Below the pieces are notes generated by a model that saw only the letters and a program-made list of their open reading frames with translations, was not told the origin of the DNA and ran no database searches. This document shows, piece by piece, positions 44,771-58,878 of a DNA stretch of 64,000 nt (the first letter of the stretch is position 1; each line of letters begins with the position of its first letter). The stretch comes from the human T2T-CHM13v2.0 reference genome, Homo sapiens, in assembly GCF_009914755.1 (NCBI RefSeq), contig NC_060927.1; one strand, written 5' to 3'. The position numbers and the translations under genes are program-made.

Positions 44771-47700
44771 CTGGCTTTTACACCAAACTCCCTGGTGGTC
44801 TTCCATGTTTTTATTTAAAAAAAGAAAAAAAAGACACACAGTAAGTAGCCAAAGTCTGAGGCAAGTGCGTCTTTTGTCTCTTCTACAAGAGTGGGGCAAA
44901 GTCACCATTCATTGACTCAGTTTCACACAAAAGCCAAGGGAATCTGTCTTTTGAACACTTTCCTTCTGAAAAATTCTATATGATGATGCTTCCAAAGGTT
45001 GTTTTACCTCCTGGAAGGGCAGCTTCTCCCCAGTGAGCAGTCAGTTCCTGCACGGTTAGCTATTGTACGCAGCCCTCCTAGTGTTTGTGAGTTGCACACC
45101 AGGGAGGGGGGCACTATACCTTTGAAAAGGACACCCCTAGCCTCACTCCTCTGAGTGCACCCCAAAACACACCCAAACCACGCTTCATCACATACAAAAG
45201 GAGAACTCTTTGATCAAAAGGGTCCCACCTTACTTGCCAATTTGAAACACTGTTTTGGATTAATGCAGTCAGGCTGACAAACTGCACACCCCAAAGGCAT
45301 TAATACAGCTAGGAGAAACATGCATTGACTTCACAACATTCAATTTAGGGGCCATGAAGAGATGAATGGGAGTGTGTCTCAAGACCCCAAAGCAAAGATG
45401 TGATTTCTGGACAACAAGAAACCAGGAGCCCACTTGCCTTTTGGATAAACAAAAGCAAGGGCATGGGGTAACTTCCATCTCAAACACAGACTGCATAGGG
45501 GCAGTGCTTTACAGGTGACAGGTCTCTACAAATACTTCTTAAGCGATGGCTCTTACTGCAATTACTGCTTTTTGCTGAATGAAAGGAACCAATCCCTCTC
45601 TCTTCTCCATATAATATGAAATGTTTATTTTTTCAAGACATATTTCTCCAAGATTGGCCACAAATCATAAAAAGTGTTGACATTTTATGACTCCTTATTA
45701 CAAATTTCAGGAAAGATTTTCATCTTCTGCATTTTAAAGATACTGTTACAAAAATACATAGATTGGGAGTTGGATTTTTCCTTAGGCAGAGGGAATGCTC
45801 TATCTGGAAGGCTTATGCTTAACCAAAATATTTAACTTTGTTGGTTTTGTGCTCCCATTTGCAGAATGTTAACATGTGGTCTAAACCCCCTGTGTTATAA
45901 TTGAAGAAACTCACTTGTAGTTGAGTACTGGAGAGGTGATGTTGCTTATCCAAGGTTATACAGTAAGTTAATAACAGAGCTAGAGTCAGAGCTCTGGACT
46001 CAGGGCTGAGATTTCTATCACACTGTGACAGTGCTTTATAAACCAAGCTCTTTGGCTGTGGAGACTTTTAGGTTTTACCTGAGGAATGCATCCTGACATA
46101 TAACCCTCATCCCTCGGCCTAATGAGATTGACACTCTGGGACAAATGTGGAAGATGCAGGAGATCCCTTCTGTGAAAGCGATAAATTCAGAGAAATCTAA
46201 AGCTGAAAAGGACCTGGAGCAATTCTCTACTCCATTTCCCTTCCTCGAGGCAGAAGTTGCTGACATCATGCCAAGGGAGAAGTATTTATCTTTCTAAAAC
46301 TCTTCAGGGAAGATTCATAACTTCTCTTACAAAAAGGAATATCTGATTTTCTCTGAACAGTAGGATCCAAGAAGTAATCAAAGAAAACCACCACATCATT
46401 TATAAAATAAAAAATATAAAATCTTCCTTACTTTGATACCTCAGAAGTGATTATTTAAAATAACTTTCTAATTTAACCCAATATGAACATTTCTATTGTA
46501 AAAGGAAAATGTGTTGGAAAATAAGAAGAGCATGGAGTTGGCATGACATGTTAACCATAATTTTTGTAAGAATTGGTAAGAAGTAAGAGACCCACTCAGG
46601 CCTGTTTGTGTGAAGAACTTTGGTAGAAAGTATAATATATAAATACCCGCACAGCATAAAAACTCATGGATTAGAGACTAAATAATGGCTTCCATTATAT
46701 GATTTTCATTTTAAGTTTCCCAAGTCTCCATTTTTTTTTGCAAAGTAGTTTCTGTATTAGGCCTTAGCTCAAGAAGGTACATTTCTAACTAATCTGAATG
46801 GAAAAATAACAGACTAAAAACTCCACCAATGATTCCATATATATTCATGCCAAATGATTCAAAAGCTAGAGGTTATTCTGAGAGGGGAAGGCTGCCTAAC
46901 ATCTGTGATACTAAGAGAAGAGAAGCTATGCTTTATCTGCAGACAATACTGCTGACCCACTGCCAATGACTTTGAACTGCCTCTCCATCAGACATGATGA
47001 GATTCCAGAATCCTGAAAACCAAAGGGTGTATCTCAAAGGTAGCTGCTGGAATTAAGGTGGCCCACATCTGTGGTACAGCTCAGGCTGTGTGCAGAGCTG
47101 GCAGGTCTGAGGGCAGAGCGAATCCCTAGACTCCTGGTCTCAGGGTCCCAGGCTCCGGGCAAGGGTGCAAAATGGCCTCCTTAATTACTTCCCCTACCCT
47201 ATCCCACCCCCTTAATGGCCTATTAAAGCTTCTCCCAGCCATAACTCAGTGCTCCTGCTCCAACCATTTCCTGCCTTCTCTGCTATTCCAAAGTCAGTGT
47301 TCCTCTGAATGCTCCATGCTCCCTGCCCTGGAGGAGGGAAACTGACAGCCTGGGGACCTAAGTCCTCCCTTCCTCACTGAGCAGCATATCTGGAGCCCAC
47401 TCCTTGATCTGTGTCCAGCCCTCACTGTTCCACCCAGCTTCAGGCCTGCCAGAGAAAATTCTAGGCCCTTGTCTAGAGGCCCCCAAAGCCTAGGCTGGAG
47501 GTGATGCTGGGAGGAAGCCATGCCTGGGGAAGACCATCGTGCCCTGAGTCCTACCCTCAGCCAGCCAGTGCCCAGGCCTGGCATGGCATTCCAGAAGATT
47601 CACAGCTTCACTGCCCTGCAGCAGCCCGGGGCTGTAATGTCCCCTTACATTTTGTGGGTACCCAGATGATCAACATCACTGTGTGTAAGGGGACTCAGAA

Positions 47701-47799
47701 GTGAGGTTAAATGGCTCCGGGTGAACAATCCAAGGAAAGATAAAGAATAAGCATTTGCACTGACTAATATTTCCAACCATTTAAGGGGCACACATATTT

Positions 47800-47912
47800 C
47801 AATTAGATGCTATTACTCCACCTTTGCAGATGAGGAAACTGGGACTTAGAGAACTGAACTTGTTTGCCCAAGATTGCACAGCAAGGAGGAGTGAGCTGAG
47901 ATGAGATTCGAC
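47800..47912 (-). mobile_element. MIR core
   Basis: ttgcagatgaggaaactgggacttagagaac..acttgtttgcccaagattgcacagc. Confidence 0.8.
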
Positions 47913-50219
47913 CCCACCCTGCCAGGTGTTCCAGGTGTCTCTGCTGAGCTGTGTAGCATGGCCCCTCAGGACCTGGGTATGAGCAAGAGCAGCCTATGGG
48001 GGGCAACAGCACTTCTCAGTGGGCCCAAGAGAGGCCCTTGTGAGGACTTTACTACATTGACTCCCTGGTTCCCAACAGCAATGTTTTTAAGTGAAATTGC
48101 AAAATTTTCAAAACCAAATTACATCCACTTTAATTTTGAAAGCAAAAGCAAACAGATGTCCTGCAGCCTCTTCCCCTGGGAGAGGGTATTGAGATCCAAT
48201 AAACCACGCATCTTCTCTTCCTCGAGAGAAGCTGGGAATCACCACAGAACCAAATGCAGCTCTGCCTCTGTGAGAGCAAACAGTTTTGGCTGTACTTCTA
48301 GAAGTCCAGAAGCAAAAGTGACCAGAGAAAAGCAGGTATGCGCCTCACCAGTGAGAGGCACATTCACCTAAGAGAGGATTAAAAAGATTCAAAGTACAAA
48401 ATGGGTTTCATGATAAGTATTTTACTCTCATTTTATTGAAATAATGGAGTTAAAATGTTAAAGGAAAGGATAGATTGGCAGCGGGGGCAGGGGTGTTGGT
48501 GGTGCCATAAGTTGCAGTTTATGGAGTCATTGCTTCATAAATGTCACTGTATTGGTGTTATTCTATCATTTTCTGTGCCTACTCCATTTTATAAAATTAC
48601 TTATGTTTGGATTAAATGGCTCCTAAGAGGTCATCCTGTAAATAACATGGGACTAAGGTGTGTGTGTGTTTCTTAATTCAAATGCAAAATATCTTACACC
48701 TCTCAATGTGCCATGGAATAATGCAAAAGGTGATATTGTTAAAACCCCCATAATTTAAAAAAAAACTGTTCTATTTAAAAATAATGGAAATCAGGAGTTA
48801 TAAAATGCTTATGTGAGTTGAAGCCATTATTTTCTGAGCAATCAAACAGATCATTTATCAGCAAAACCTACTCTTTCCTTTTATACTCATAGCTCATTAG
48901 TTTATATAATATTTAATAAAGTTATTTGACTATATTAGCAAATACAGCCAGCACTGACACTTTTGGAAACAAACAGCTGACTGCTAAGTGTAGTAGCCAC
49001 GTGTTGGGGTCAGGAGGATGCCCGAGAGGGCTCAGTTTGTTGCCTTCAAGGTCTCTGTGCCTAGCTCTGTCCCAGCTGGGGCATAAGCCAGGTTTACGAA
49101 ATTCTGGCTGAATGGATAAATGAGCTTCCCCACAGCCCCACCCTATTCCAGCCCCAGAAACTCCTCAAGCAAACCGTAGCTGCCTAGACTTTCTTCCCCT
49201 ACTTCCATTCACTCACTGCTTGAGTCACAGTCAGCAACACGTTGTAACTCGAACCTGGGGCGTGGCAGCATTTCAGAGCAAGGTAGAAGGGACCAGAGAC
49301 ATTTTCTAGTTTAGCCTCATCATTCCGTAGATCAGCAGGTTGGAGACAAGCTATGAGATCTGGTCAAGGGCAAATAGTGCCCTCTGACCAGCGCTTCTGC
49401 TCCCCCCTCTTGTCCCTCAGTGTCCAGGAGCTAGTAGAGTACAGAGCACACACAGTCTTACACTGGGACAGCTCCCAAAACCATCATGCTCACTATGTCT
49501 TATGAATGGGATCCTTCAGGCAGGATTCGCACTTAGCTCCCCTTTACTTCCCTGTGGATAGGAGCATGAGAGGTACCTGATTAGCTGAAAAGCTAAGCAT
49601 TTGGCAATTAATCTGCAGATAAAAATAAAGTCAACTTCAAACCAGGGGTCTGATTTAAATGTAAACAGTGTGTCCCTACTGATCCATGAGCCTGGAACTG
49701 ACTCAGAATAAGGATGGTGATGAAAAACTAAGCCACTGGCAGACATGCCCATTCACTAGCAGGCCTGTGGGCCCACCAGGGAGAGAGAGAGCCAGACGCT
49801 GGGTTACAAAGCAAGGGCAAAAGTAAGAAAACTTGCTTTCTGAGCTCACAACTGATTCATTAATGAAACTGACCTCCTTCAGATGCCGAAAGCATTTGTG
49901 TGCCCTTCAGTACTTATAACAATATCACAAAAATAAGATGCAAAGCAGCAAACACATTGCTGTCCTGATTATGGTACAGAGGCAAAACTATTATGTTTCT
50001 AGGGCCAATTTTGCCTTTGATGTGAAAAATGGGCAGGACTAACTCATGATCCAACCTAAGCCTATCACAAAAATGAACACAGACACAGAGGACCCAAGCA
50101 GCCCAACTGGCTGTGGAATGCATTATAGGATTTATGTTATCAATGACTCTATGTCATAACTGTGCTTTTCAAAGACAAACTTTAAAATGGTTCCAAAGTC
50201 CTTGACTGCCATTAATAAT

Positions 50220-50735
50220 CCCTTCATTCAGCAAACATCAAACAGCAGCTATGAGTCAGGCAGTATGCCAGAACAAGGGAGACAAAGACACACCACAGTC
50301 ATGCTTAGATGCTCACCTGCCTGTGCTGGTGGGAGGTAGAAAGGCTAAGGACGGTCACAGCCCAGGGTGGTAAGAGCTGGCACAAATGGAAACACAGGGA
50401 GCCTAGGTGGGCAGAGGAGAGCCCTAGGCTCGGTCAGGTTAAGAGGGGGATGCTAAGAAGAAGTAACAGATGTTTTGAGTTTTGAAGGATGACTACGAGT
50501 TAGGCAGGTAAATGAGTTGGGAAGAGAAAACAGCATTTGCAAAGGCCTTGGAATGTGAGAGGCCATGGAGCATGCTGAGGCAGTAGCAGGGTCAACAGAG
50601 TGGCTAAGGTGCATGGGAGGCCTGCGCCAGCCTGCCAAGGGCCTTATGCTCTATGTTGACAAGGTCAAACTTGATCCTGACGGTGGTGGCTGGTAAGCCT
50701 CTGCGTGGTTTTATGCAAGAGAGTGATCAGTCTAT
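50220..50735 (-). mobile_element. L2 3' fragment
   Basis: cattcagcaaacat..ctatgagtcaggc; ttttgaaggatgactacgagttaggcagg; aacagcatttgcaaaggcc. Confidence 0.75.
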
Positions 50736-51913
50736 AAGTGATTACCTGAGGGTCCCCTGAACAAGCTGAGCAGCTCTCAGGGATGCTTTCCTTTATTCAC
50801 TGCTCCTGAGACAACAGCAACGTAAAAGCCTCATTAGCAGGCAGGTCTCCAACTAACAAGTAAGTCTGCCTTCCCTTCCATAATGCCCTCTCTTTGAGGC
50901 CACAGCTACTTTCAATTGCATTCTAATTTCAAGAAGTGATAAACATATGCTTATGTTTCCATTTACAAGGTTTTGATTATCAGCCTGGCATTGTAGCTGC
51001 AAATTACCCATTTTCTATTATAATTATTTTTACTTCTCTAGATGAAGAAGAAGCATTTCTAAATTACTAAAGTGCCCGAGCCACAGAAGGAGGGAAGTAG
51101 TAAGCACTGCTGCATCTTTTGCCAATGGCAATATAATAGCAAGAGTTTGAAAACTAAAATGTAAGCTTATGGGATGTGTTAGACCAGTCCTTCCAGATGG
51201 GCACATTTGCTCATTGTGATTATTTACCTAAAACCTGGCTGGATTGCAGCAAACCAGAGGTGAGCTGAGCTGGTAGCAGAATTGCTGCTTTTGAGGGTTT
51301 TCCAAGAGTAGCTCCTTGAAAACTGGGCTGCTTTATGTGACTGGCCATCCCCTCACACTCTTCGGCTCTAAATCTTGCTTTTTCTGCTTCTAGCAGGAAT
51401 TTTAAAAGATTAGAATGTCACTAACTCAGATGCATCCAAGCAACTACAATGTTTGGTAATATGACTGGAATCCAGCCATGCTAACTTGCATCACAATCTC
51501 TCCTAAACAAGACTGTCTGGCTGCCTTTCTGCCCTGGTTAGGGATGGCTGGGGATGGAGTTGAGGACAAACCCTGGTAATTAATGAATAGGACGCAATGA
51601 ATTCAGGTCACTGGCTGAAGTGGAAAGGATTCTATCATGCAGAGTTGCAGACCTATTGGCAGCTTAATGTCCCATTTAATTGGCATGTAGCATTAATTGA
51701 CAGAGTAGCATGTAAATGAGATCACAACCATGGTTTTGAAGGTCCTATTGGTGGCTTCATTTCTAAAGTGCAGCTTGAATGAGCTTAACAGTTTTGTTAT
51801 TGTGATGACCATCCAAATTCTTAACATCTTCCATGTGTGACTGCTCAGTCCTGGGGAAAGAGGCATGGAGAATATACTCTGCTCTCACGGAACTCATTTT
51901 AACGGGGCAGTCA

Positions 51914-52232
<319 letters not shown>

Positions 52233-52904
52233 CTATTTGTGGTAGAAAACAGGAATTCCAAATCTTATTATTTTCACATTTTGAACCTTCATGGATGACA
52301 ATAATAAATCAAGCATAACAAATCACTAGTAACTAAAAGTTAATATACTATTTACTAGGTGATTTTTAGGCCTACTAACTCATATTTTGGCAGTACCTAT
52401 ACTGTACCTGTAACTACACTTTTATCTTTAATATTTGCAGATACTGCAGACATTTGCAGAGAAGTGCTATCATCTTCTTTCTGATGGGGACACAGAAACT
52501 CCGGGCTCCATCCCAAGTTGTGGTACTAGGAAATACAGGCAAGTTCAAGCTCCTGTAGTGAAGGGCCGGCCAGGCCATTTCACTTCCCACTGCCTTTAGA
52601 GGGGCAGAAACTAACAGGAGCCCTGACTGAGCCCATTCGGTCCCTCCATCCAAGCCACAAGATCTTTGGTATTCAAGATGGGCTCATTCATTTTTGTAGG
52701 AAATAAATGTAATCAGCATATTAACTATCCTTTAGACATCAATTATAACTTCTTCCCTCAAGAGTAAATTGTTCTTCTTCCTGTGTATCTCAAGATCTTT
52801 GCCCAAGCAAAGGAAGGAAAAACAGGTTAGTGCGCAGGTGTCAGAAATTACTCTTTCTTCTCTAGCGAAGGCAATGGGGCCTCCACTCAAGGTTCAACAG
52901 AGGT

Positions 52905-53335
52905 GCATCTTAGGAGGTGTGTAGTGGGGTGTGTGCTGTGGCTGTTGCTGGTATGTGTTGCAGCGGTTGTCATACAGAAGCATATGCTGTGGTGGGGTGC
53001 TGTGGGGTCTTCTGTGGTGGGGAGTCTGCCATGGAGGGGTTTGATGCAGGATAGGCCTATAGGTGTCTCATGGGGAAGTGTGACATGAAGGTTGGGTGAG
53101 GGTCGGTGACAGGAGAGCCATGCTGCACAATGTGTTGTGGAAGTCATGTTGTGGGGGATGGATCATAGGGGTATGGTATGGAGGATATAGCATGGGAATG
53201 TGCCATGAGGGTACATTGTTGGGGGTTTTGCTGTGGGGGGTATCATGGTGGGTGTGGTGTGGTGGTGCTGTGGGAGTGTGTCATGGGGTGCAATGGGCAT
53301 GCTGTGGAGATATGTCATGAGTGTGCTCTGGGGCT
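52905..53335 (+). repeat. G/T-rich eroded tandem / low-complexity tract
   Basis: Recurrent (GT)GCTGTGG(GG) and GYCATGG(GG) units with strong G skew. Confidence 0.7.
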
Positions 53336-53929
53336 CCCTAAAGAGCTCCCTCCTACCAGGCCTGAGAATGCCATTCTTGCCCATTGGACCTGCCCAATCC
53401 CCAAAATGGTAAGTGCATGCCCCAGGAACCCCAACACACTCTACCCCCAGCCTTAACATTCTCTGGTCTCAGGGTAGCCAGTGGACATCAGGGGTGGCGT
53501 GTTTTGGGGTTCTGCTGGTTGAAGGAGCTCGGGAAGCACCCCTCTCTGTGGTAAGGCTCAGGTAGTATTTGCAGGCCACATCTAACCTAGCTTCTACAGC
53601 GCTCCTTTCCCAGAGCTCACTGCCCAGCTAACCCACCCTGGGACTCCCCAAGATACAGCACAAGTGAAAGGAAGGAAGTACCCTTGGCATTCTCCCCCTG
53701 CAGTGGGGCCCAGCACTGAAGAGTCTAGGCTCAGAGTCCTGTCTCCCAGTGCAGCAGCTTCTCTTAAGGACCCTGCCCTCGCGATCCCAGCTCATTGCTC
53801 CAAGCCTTCTGCCCATTTGACTTCTGTGAGGAGCCATCCCCTATCAAGACCCTCTGGGGTGGCAAAAACTCAAAAGTGCAGACATGCAGATGAAGTACTT
53901 GTTTGTTTTGAATGTATGCAATTTCTTCC

Positions 53930-54600
53930 CAAACTTTATTGTGAAAGATTTTCAAACATGCAGCAAAGTCAAAAGAATTTTAAAGTGAACATCTGGATAT
54001 TCACCACCTAGATTCTACCATTAATTTTTTACTGTTTGTTTTATCATATACCTACTCCTCTATCCATTTGGCAATCTCGCTTACTGTTTTTGATGCCTTT
54101 CAAAAGAAGTCGCAGACAGCAGCATACTTATTTCTATACACTTCAGCATGCATGTTATTAACCAGAATTCAGTATTTGTTTAGCATTTTTTTTCGTTTCT
54201 TTGAACTTACAATGAAATGCACAAATCTTGAGGGCATCATGTAATAAATTTTAACAAATCATGCACCGTGTAACTCCAACCCCTCTCAACATATAGAACA
54301 TCTCCCTTACCCTGAACGTCCCCTTGTGTCCCTTCCCTCTCAATCCCCCTGCACCCCTCCCTCAAGCAGCCACTATTCTAAGTTTTTCCACCACAGACAC
54401 ATTTTACCTCTTTTAGAACTTTAAATATAAATAGAATCACACTGTCTGGTCTTCTGTGTCCGTTTTACTCAGCACAATGTTTCTGAGGTTCACTCACATT
54501 GTTCTGTGTGTCAGCAGCTTGTTCCTTTTCATTGCTGAATGGTGTTCCATTATTTGGCTATACCACAGTTTATCTGTTCTCCTATTGATGAAGCACCTTT
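53930..54600 (-). mobile_element. Old L1M 3' fragments
   Basis: ctttattgtgaaagattttcaaacatgcagcaaag; ttccttttcattgctgaatggtgttccattatttggctataccacagttt. Confidence 0.75.
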
Positions 54601-55086
54601 TTTGTGAATAAGGATTATCACTGAATCGAGGCTATTCTGTAACACAGTTGCACTCACTAGCATTAGGACCTGTTTGTCTTGCTGGGGAGATCAGAGGTGC
54701 TCAAAGTTAGCATAGCCCTCTGGCCCACGAGAGTGTATGAAGAACATAAATAGTGCATTTTATCACCTTTGTGATAGAAGATCAAAAAGCACAGTTCTAG
54801 AGTAGAGACTCCCCAAGTGTGATGGAATGCAAGATGACTTCAGGTGAGAACTTAAAAATGCCAAATGATAATATATTTGTTTTTACAACTATGCCCCATT
54901 TATGGCCTGTGAAACTAGTTTTCCTACATGCAAGGGATACATGGTTTGCTTTCTAAATATATCTGTTTACATAACAGAAAAACTGATTTAAAGAAAAATA
55001 TTAAACAAACATATAGGGGGGAGTAAAGATAAGAAAAACCTCATGAGGCTTGCATGCAGGTGTTTGAGGTGTGGGAAACATTCTTG

Positions 55087-55447
55087 AGCAATGGTTGTCA
55101 ATCCTGGATGCACATTAGAACCAGCTGGGGAGCTTTAAAAATCCTCCTGGCCTGGGCCCCACAACCCAAGCCTTTCATGTAATTGGTCAAAGTACATCCA
55201 GTCATCGATAGTCTTTAAAACTCCCCAGGTGATTCTAGCGTGCAACGCAGGATGAGAAACGTTTTAGAAAGTGGTAATTTTCAAAGACCAGCAGTATCAG
55301 CATCATCTGGGTGCTTCTAGAAATGCACGTTTTTAGATCCCACTCCAGATCTTTGCAATCAGAAATCAGGGCTGGGGCCCAGCAACTTGGGTCTTAACAA
55401 GCCCTCTTGGTGGTTCTATTTCTTGAAGTTTGAGACCCATTGCTTTA
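55087..55447. mobile_element. Two adjacent MER5-family (hAT-Charlie) elements
   Basis: caatggttgtcaatcctggatgcacattagaaccagctggggagctttaaaa..gatgagaaac; then accagcagtatcagcatcatctggg..gaaatgca..ggggcccagcaa..aagtttgagacccattg. Confidence 0.85.
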
Positions 55448-56803
55448 GAGGTGGATGGGACAATTCCAAAAGGCCACTGCTGCCTCCCAAGACTAAGGTC
55501 TCCACTACTGTGGTACCACTCCAGCCAGTGTCAACTAGGTCTGCCTGGTCCAGCTCCTGGGAAGCCCCTCTCCTCCTGAGTACAGACAGGGTGGGTCGGT
55601 GCCAAGCGGTGAGCAGCTGCTGGCCAGTGACCAAAGGGATGACATCCTATGGTCCACCGGGAATTAACCTAAATCTACAAACCAGTTAATCAGCCCTCAG
55701 AAAATTGAGTGTTCACTACAATTTTATTTTCACTATGATTTTTGATTATCAGTGACCTCCTTCCACTCCATTACTCTTGTTAATTGAGAATTGACTACAC
55801 AGTTAAAATGAATGTTTCCTCCACTAACAGAGCTGTACCAGATTCATCTTAAAGTCCCTCACAGCTCAAGAAAATGTGATGAGTTTGCAGATACATTGAT
55901 CTTATACAATTCATTTCACCAAGAATTCATGAAATTACTACTAAGGTCACCTGTTATGCGTTCATATGTTCAAAGGCTTATAGGAAAGAAATGGAGTTTT
56001 ATCTGAAGGATAACATTGTATTTAGAGAGCTAAACCAGAACTTGGGCAAAACCTGGCCTCCTGATTAGCAGTGATGTCTCTATTAAAGATACTCAACACA
56101 GTTCTTCACATTTGGTAAAGTCCTTGGAAATATTGTTACCTTACAGTTAGAAGATAAGGTAACAACAAACACTCCAAGGGCTGCTCCTTTTCACCGGCTG
56201 GCTATTTTGATAAGGAAAAATACAAAGTAAGAGGAGGCTAAGGGGAGATAAAAAAAATCTGATTATCTGTTCCAATGCTAAGTTTGAAAAATGAACTTTC
56301 ATGTAAAACCAAAAAGATTAGAATTTGCTAAAGAAAACGTGCCGGGAAATCTGAAGTGACATATGCGATGCCTATTAAGTAGTATGTACCATGAGATATT
56401 TCACAAAACACCATGGTCCTTTTTTTGTATCATAATACAGTAAAGGAATGACGCCACCATGGAGGAAAACCCACCCAGCTGTTTGTGGAAGGACAGTCGC
56501 ATACCATAAGCAATCTTTCAATGATCAGGTATCATAAAAGACTCAGCCAACTGTTTCTTATTTACTTGATTGCAGATTGACTATAAAGAGCTCAACAAAA
56601 GCACCTGTGCAACGGGGCGAACTCAGAATCAAGTCTGGTGATAAGGCTTTCTTGGAGCCTGTTCCCAAGATTTGCCTTACCACGGGCAAGGCACCTAGTG
56701 TAGGGCTGCGTCTAGCTCAGCCTAAGACTAAGTACATCCTTGTACTCAGTGACTTTAAAAAAAATTTTGTTATGAAAAATCACAAACATATAGAAAAGTA
56801 GAG

Positions 56804-57101
56804 GGCTAGGTGTGGTGGCTCATACCTGTAATCCCAGCACTTTGGGAGGCTGAAGTGCAAGGATCACTTGTAGCCAGGAGTTTGAGAGCAGTCTGCATAA
56901 CACAGCAAGACCTATCTCTACAGGAAATTTTAAATAACGTAGCCAGGTGTGTTGGTGTATGCCTGTAGTTTTAGCTACTTGGAAGTCCAGGTGGGAGGAT
57001 TGGTTGATCCCAGGAGTTCAAGGTGATAGTGAGCTATGACTGTGCCACTGCACTCAGCTGGGCAATAGAGTGAGGCCCTGTCTCTAAAAACAAAAAGAAA
57101 A
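56804..57101 (+). mobile_element. AluJ inserted in an old L1 remnant
   Basis: Divergent dimeric Alu with A-rich tail; flanks resemble an L1ME 3' end. Confidence 0.92.
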
Positions 57102-57659
57102 ATTGGAAACAATAACAGTATAATAAACTGCCACATAGAGGTCGCCCCCCCAAATTATTGACATACTTCTATATTTACTTCACCTTTTCCCCTCTTAAGT
57201 ATATGAAGGCACATTATAAACACCATGTTATTTTACCTTTCAATGCTTCAAAAATAAAGTCCACTTTCTAAAATAAGGACACCGTCTTACTTTACCACAA
57301 TATGATCACACCTGAAATTAACAGTTAACAAAAATTCCTTGATATCATCTAATCCAACATCAGTGTATTTTTTTTTTAGAAAAATAAAACACAGACACAG
57401 TCATGGTGACTCAGAATGGTAGGTGTGAATGTCCCCGCAAAATCCTCAAGAAGCAAGTGTGTCCCATCTGAGGGCTCCATCATTCCCACAAGTGCACCAG
57501 GATGGGAGGGAGCACTTCCTCTAGCGGGGGACTCCTCTTGGAGATATGGGGGCTCTCATTCCCACAGGTTCACAATATCCAGACACAACTCTCCCAGGCC
57601 TCCTTCCAGTAGCCAGTGAATGCCGGTTGTCTCTCTTCTCCTACCTGGTAACCAGCTTT

Positions 57660-57890
57660 GTCTAAGAGGCTGGATCTGGAGTCAGATGAACCTAATTTGT
57701 AATCCTGGTTCTGTCACTGATGGGCTGTTTGACCCATCAGTCAAACAGCTTGACCTCTTGGAGCTTCTATCTGCTCATCTGTAATATGGGGGAGAAAGAC
57801 CTGCCTCAGAGGGCTGTTATGAAGATTAAATGAGACAGTGTCACAGAGTGCCTGGCCCATAGTAAGCTCATAAAAGTGCAGCTGCTAACA
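57660..57890 (+). mobile_element. MIR with a locally rewritten core
   Basis: tctggagtcaga..aatcctggttctgtcact..ctcatctgtaatatgggg..gggctgttatgaagattaaatgaga. Confidence 0.88.
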
Positions 57891-58391
57891 CTGGGAGTAG
57901 CAGTAATAATCTTTAAGGCCATGAGGGTAGGCAGTAGCATTAGGGTGATGGCCAGGCAGAAGCTCAGGGGTCAAAGAGAGGCCCACATCCTACCAAGTCC
58001 TCAAGGTGGGCTCCTAGCTCCTGCTTCCTCTGATGTACAGTGGTGCTGCTGGAGATGGAAGTACTGAAGAATTGGAGGAGGAAGGCCTCGCTGACTCTAG
58101 GAGCAGAGAGGTTCTCCAAGGGTGCCTTTGGCCACCCATTGGGCCATCTGGTGTCTTCTATTGGCCTCTTAGTAGTCCTGTGCCTTGCCACAGAGGCACA
58201 GACTTTGGTTCTTCAGACACCTGCCCATCAGCTACTCTCCCTTTGCTCTCTTTTAATGACCCCCCAATCAATATTACTCTTTATGAAGCATCTACTGTGT
58301 TCCAGGATCTTTTCTGGGTAATTTTCAGACACGATTTCCCTGACTGTAAATGCCAGGCTTTTGAGGGAGGTACGACTATTCCCCTTTACAG

Positions 58392-58878
58392 GTGTATTCG
58401 TTTCCTATTGCTGTTGCAACTACTCCAAGCTTAGTGGTTTAAAACAACACACATTTATTATCTTATAGTTCTGGAAGTCAGAAGTCCAAAAGGGACTACA
58501 GTTAAGGTGTCAGCAGGGCTGTGTTCCTTTCTGGAGGCTCTGGGGGAGAATCTATTCTTGTCTTTCCCAGCTTCTAGAGGCTGCCACATTCTGTGGCTCC
58601 TGCCTCCCTTCCAGCTTCCAAGCCAGCAATGGGCAGTCCAGTTTTTCTCATGCTACATCTCTCTGACTCTCCTGCCTCCATCTTTCACTGATAAGCATAT
58701 TTGTGATTAGATTGGGTCCACCTGGATGGTCCAGGATATTCTCCTTATTTTAGGGTCAGATAATCGGCAACTTTAATTTCATCTGCAATCTTAATGCCCC
58801 CATGCCACAGAACCAAACACATTCACAGGTTCTGGGAATTAGGATGTAGACATTTGGAAGGCCATTATTCTGCCTGTC
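58392..58878 (-). mobile_element. MLT1C/D-like solo LTR
   Basis: tgtattcgtttcctattgctg..ttagtggtttaaaacaacacacatttatt..ttcacaggttctgggaattaggatg..ggccattattctgcct. Confidence 0.9.
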
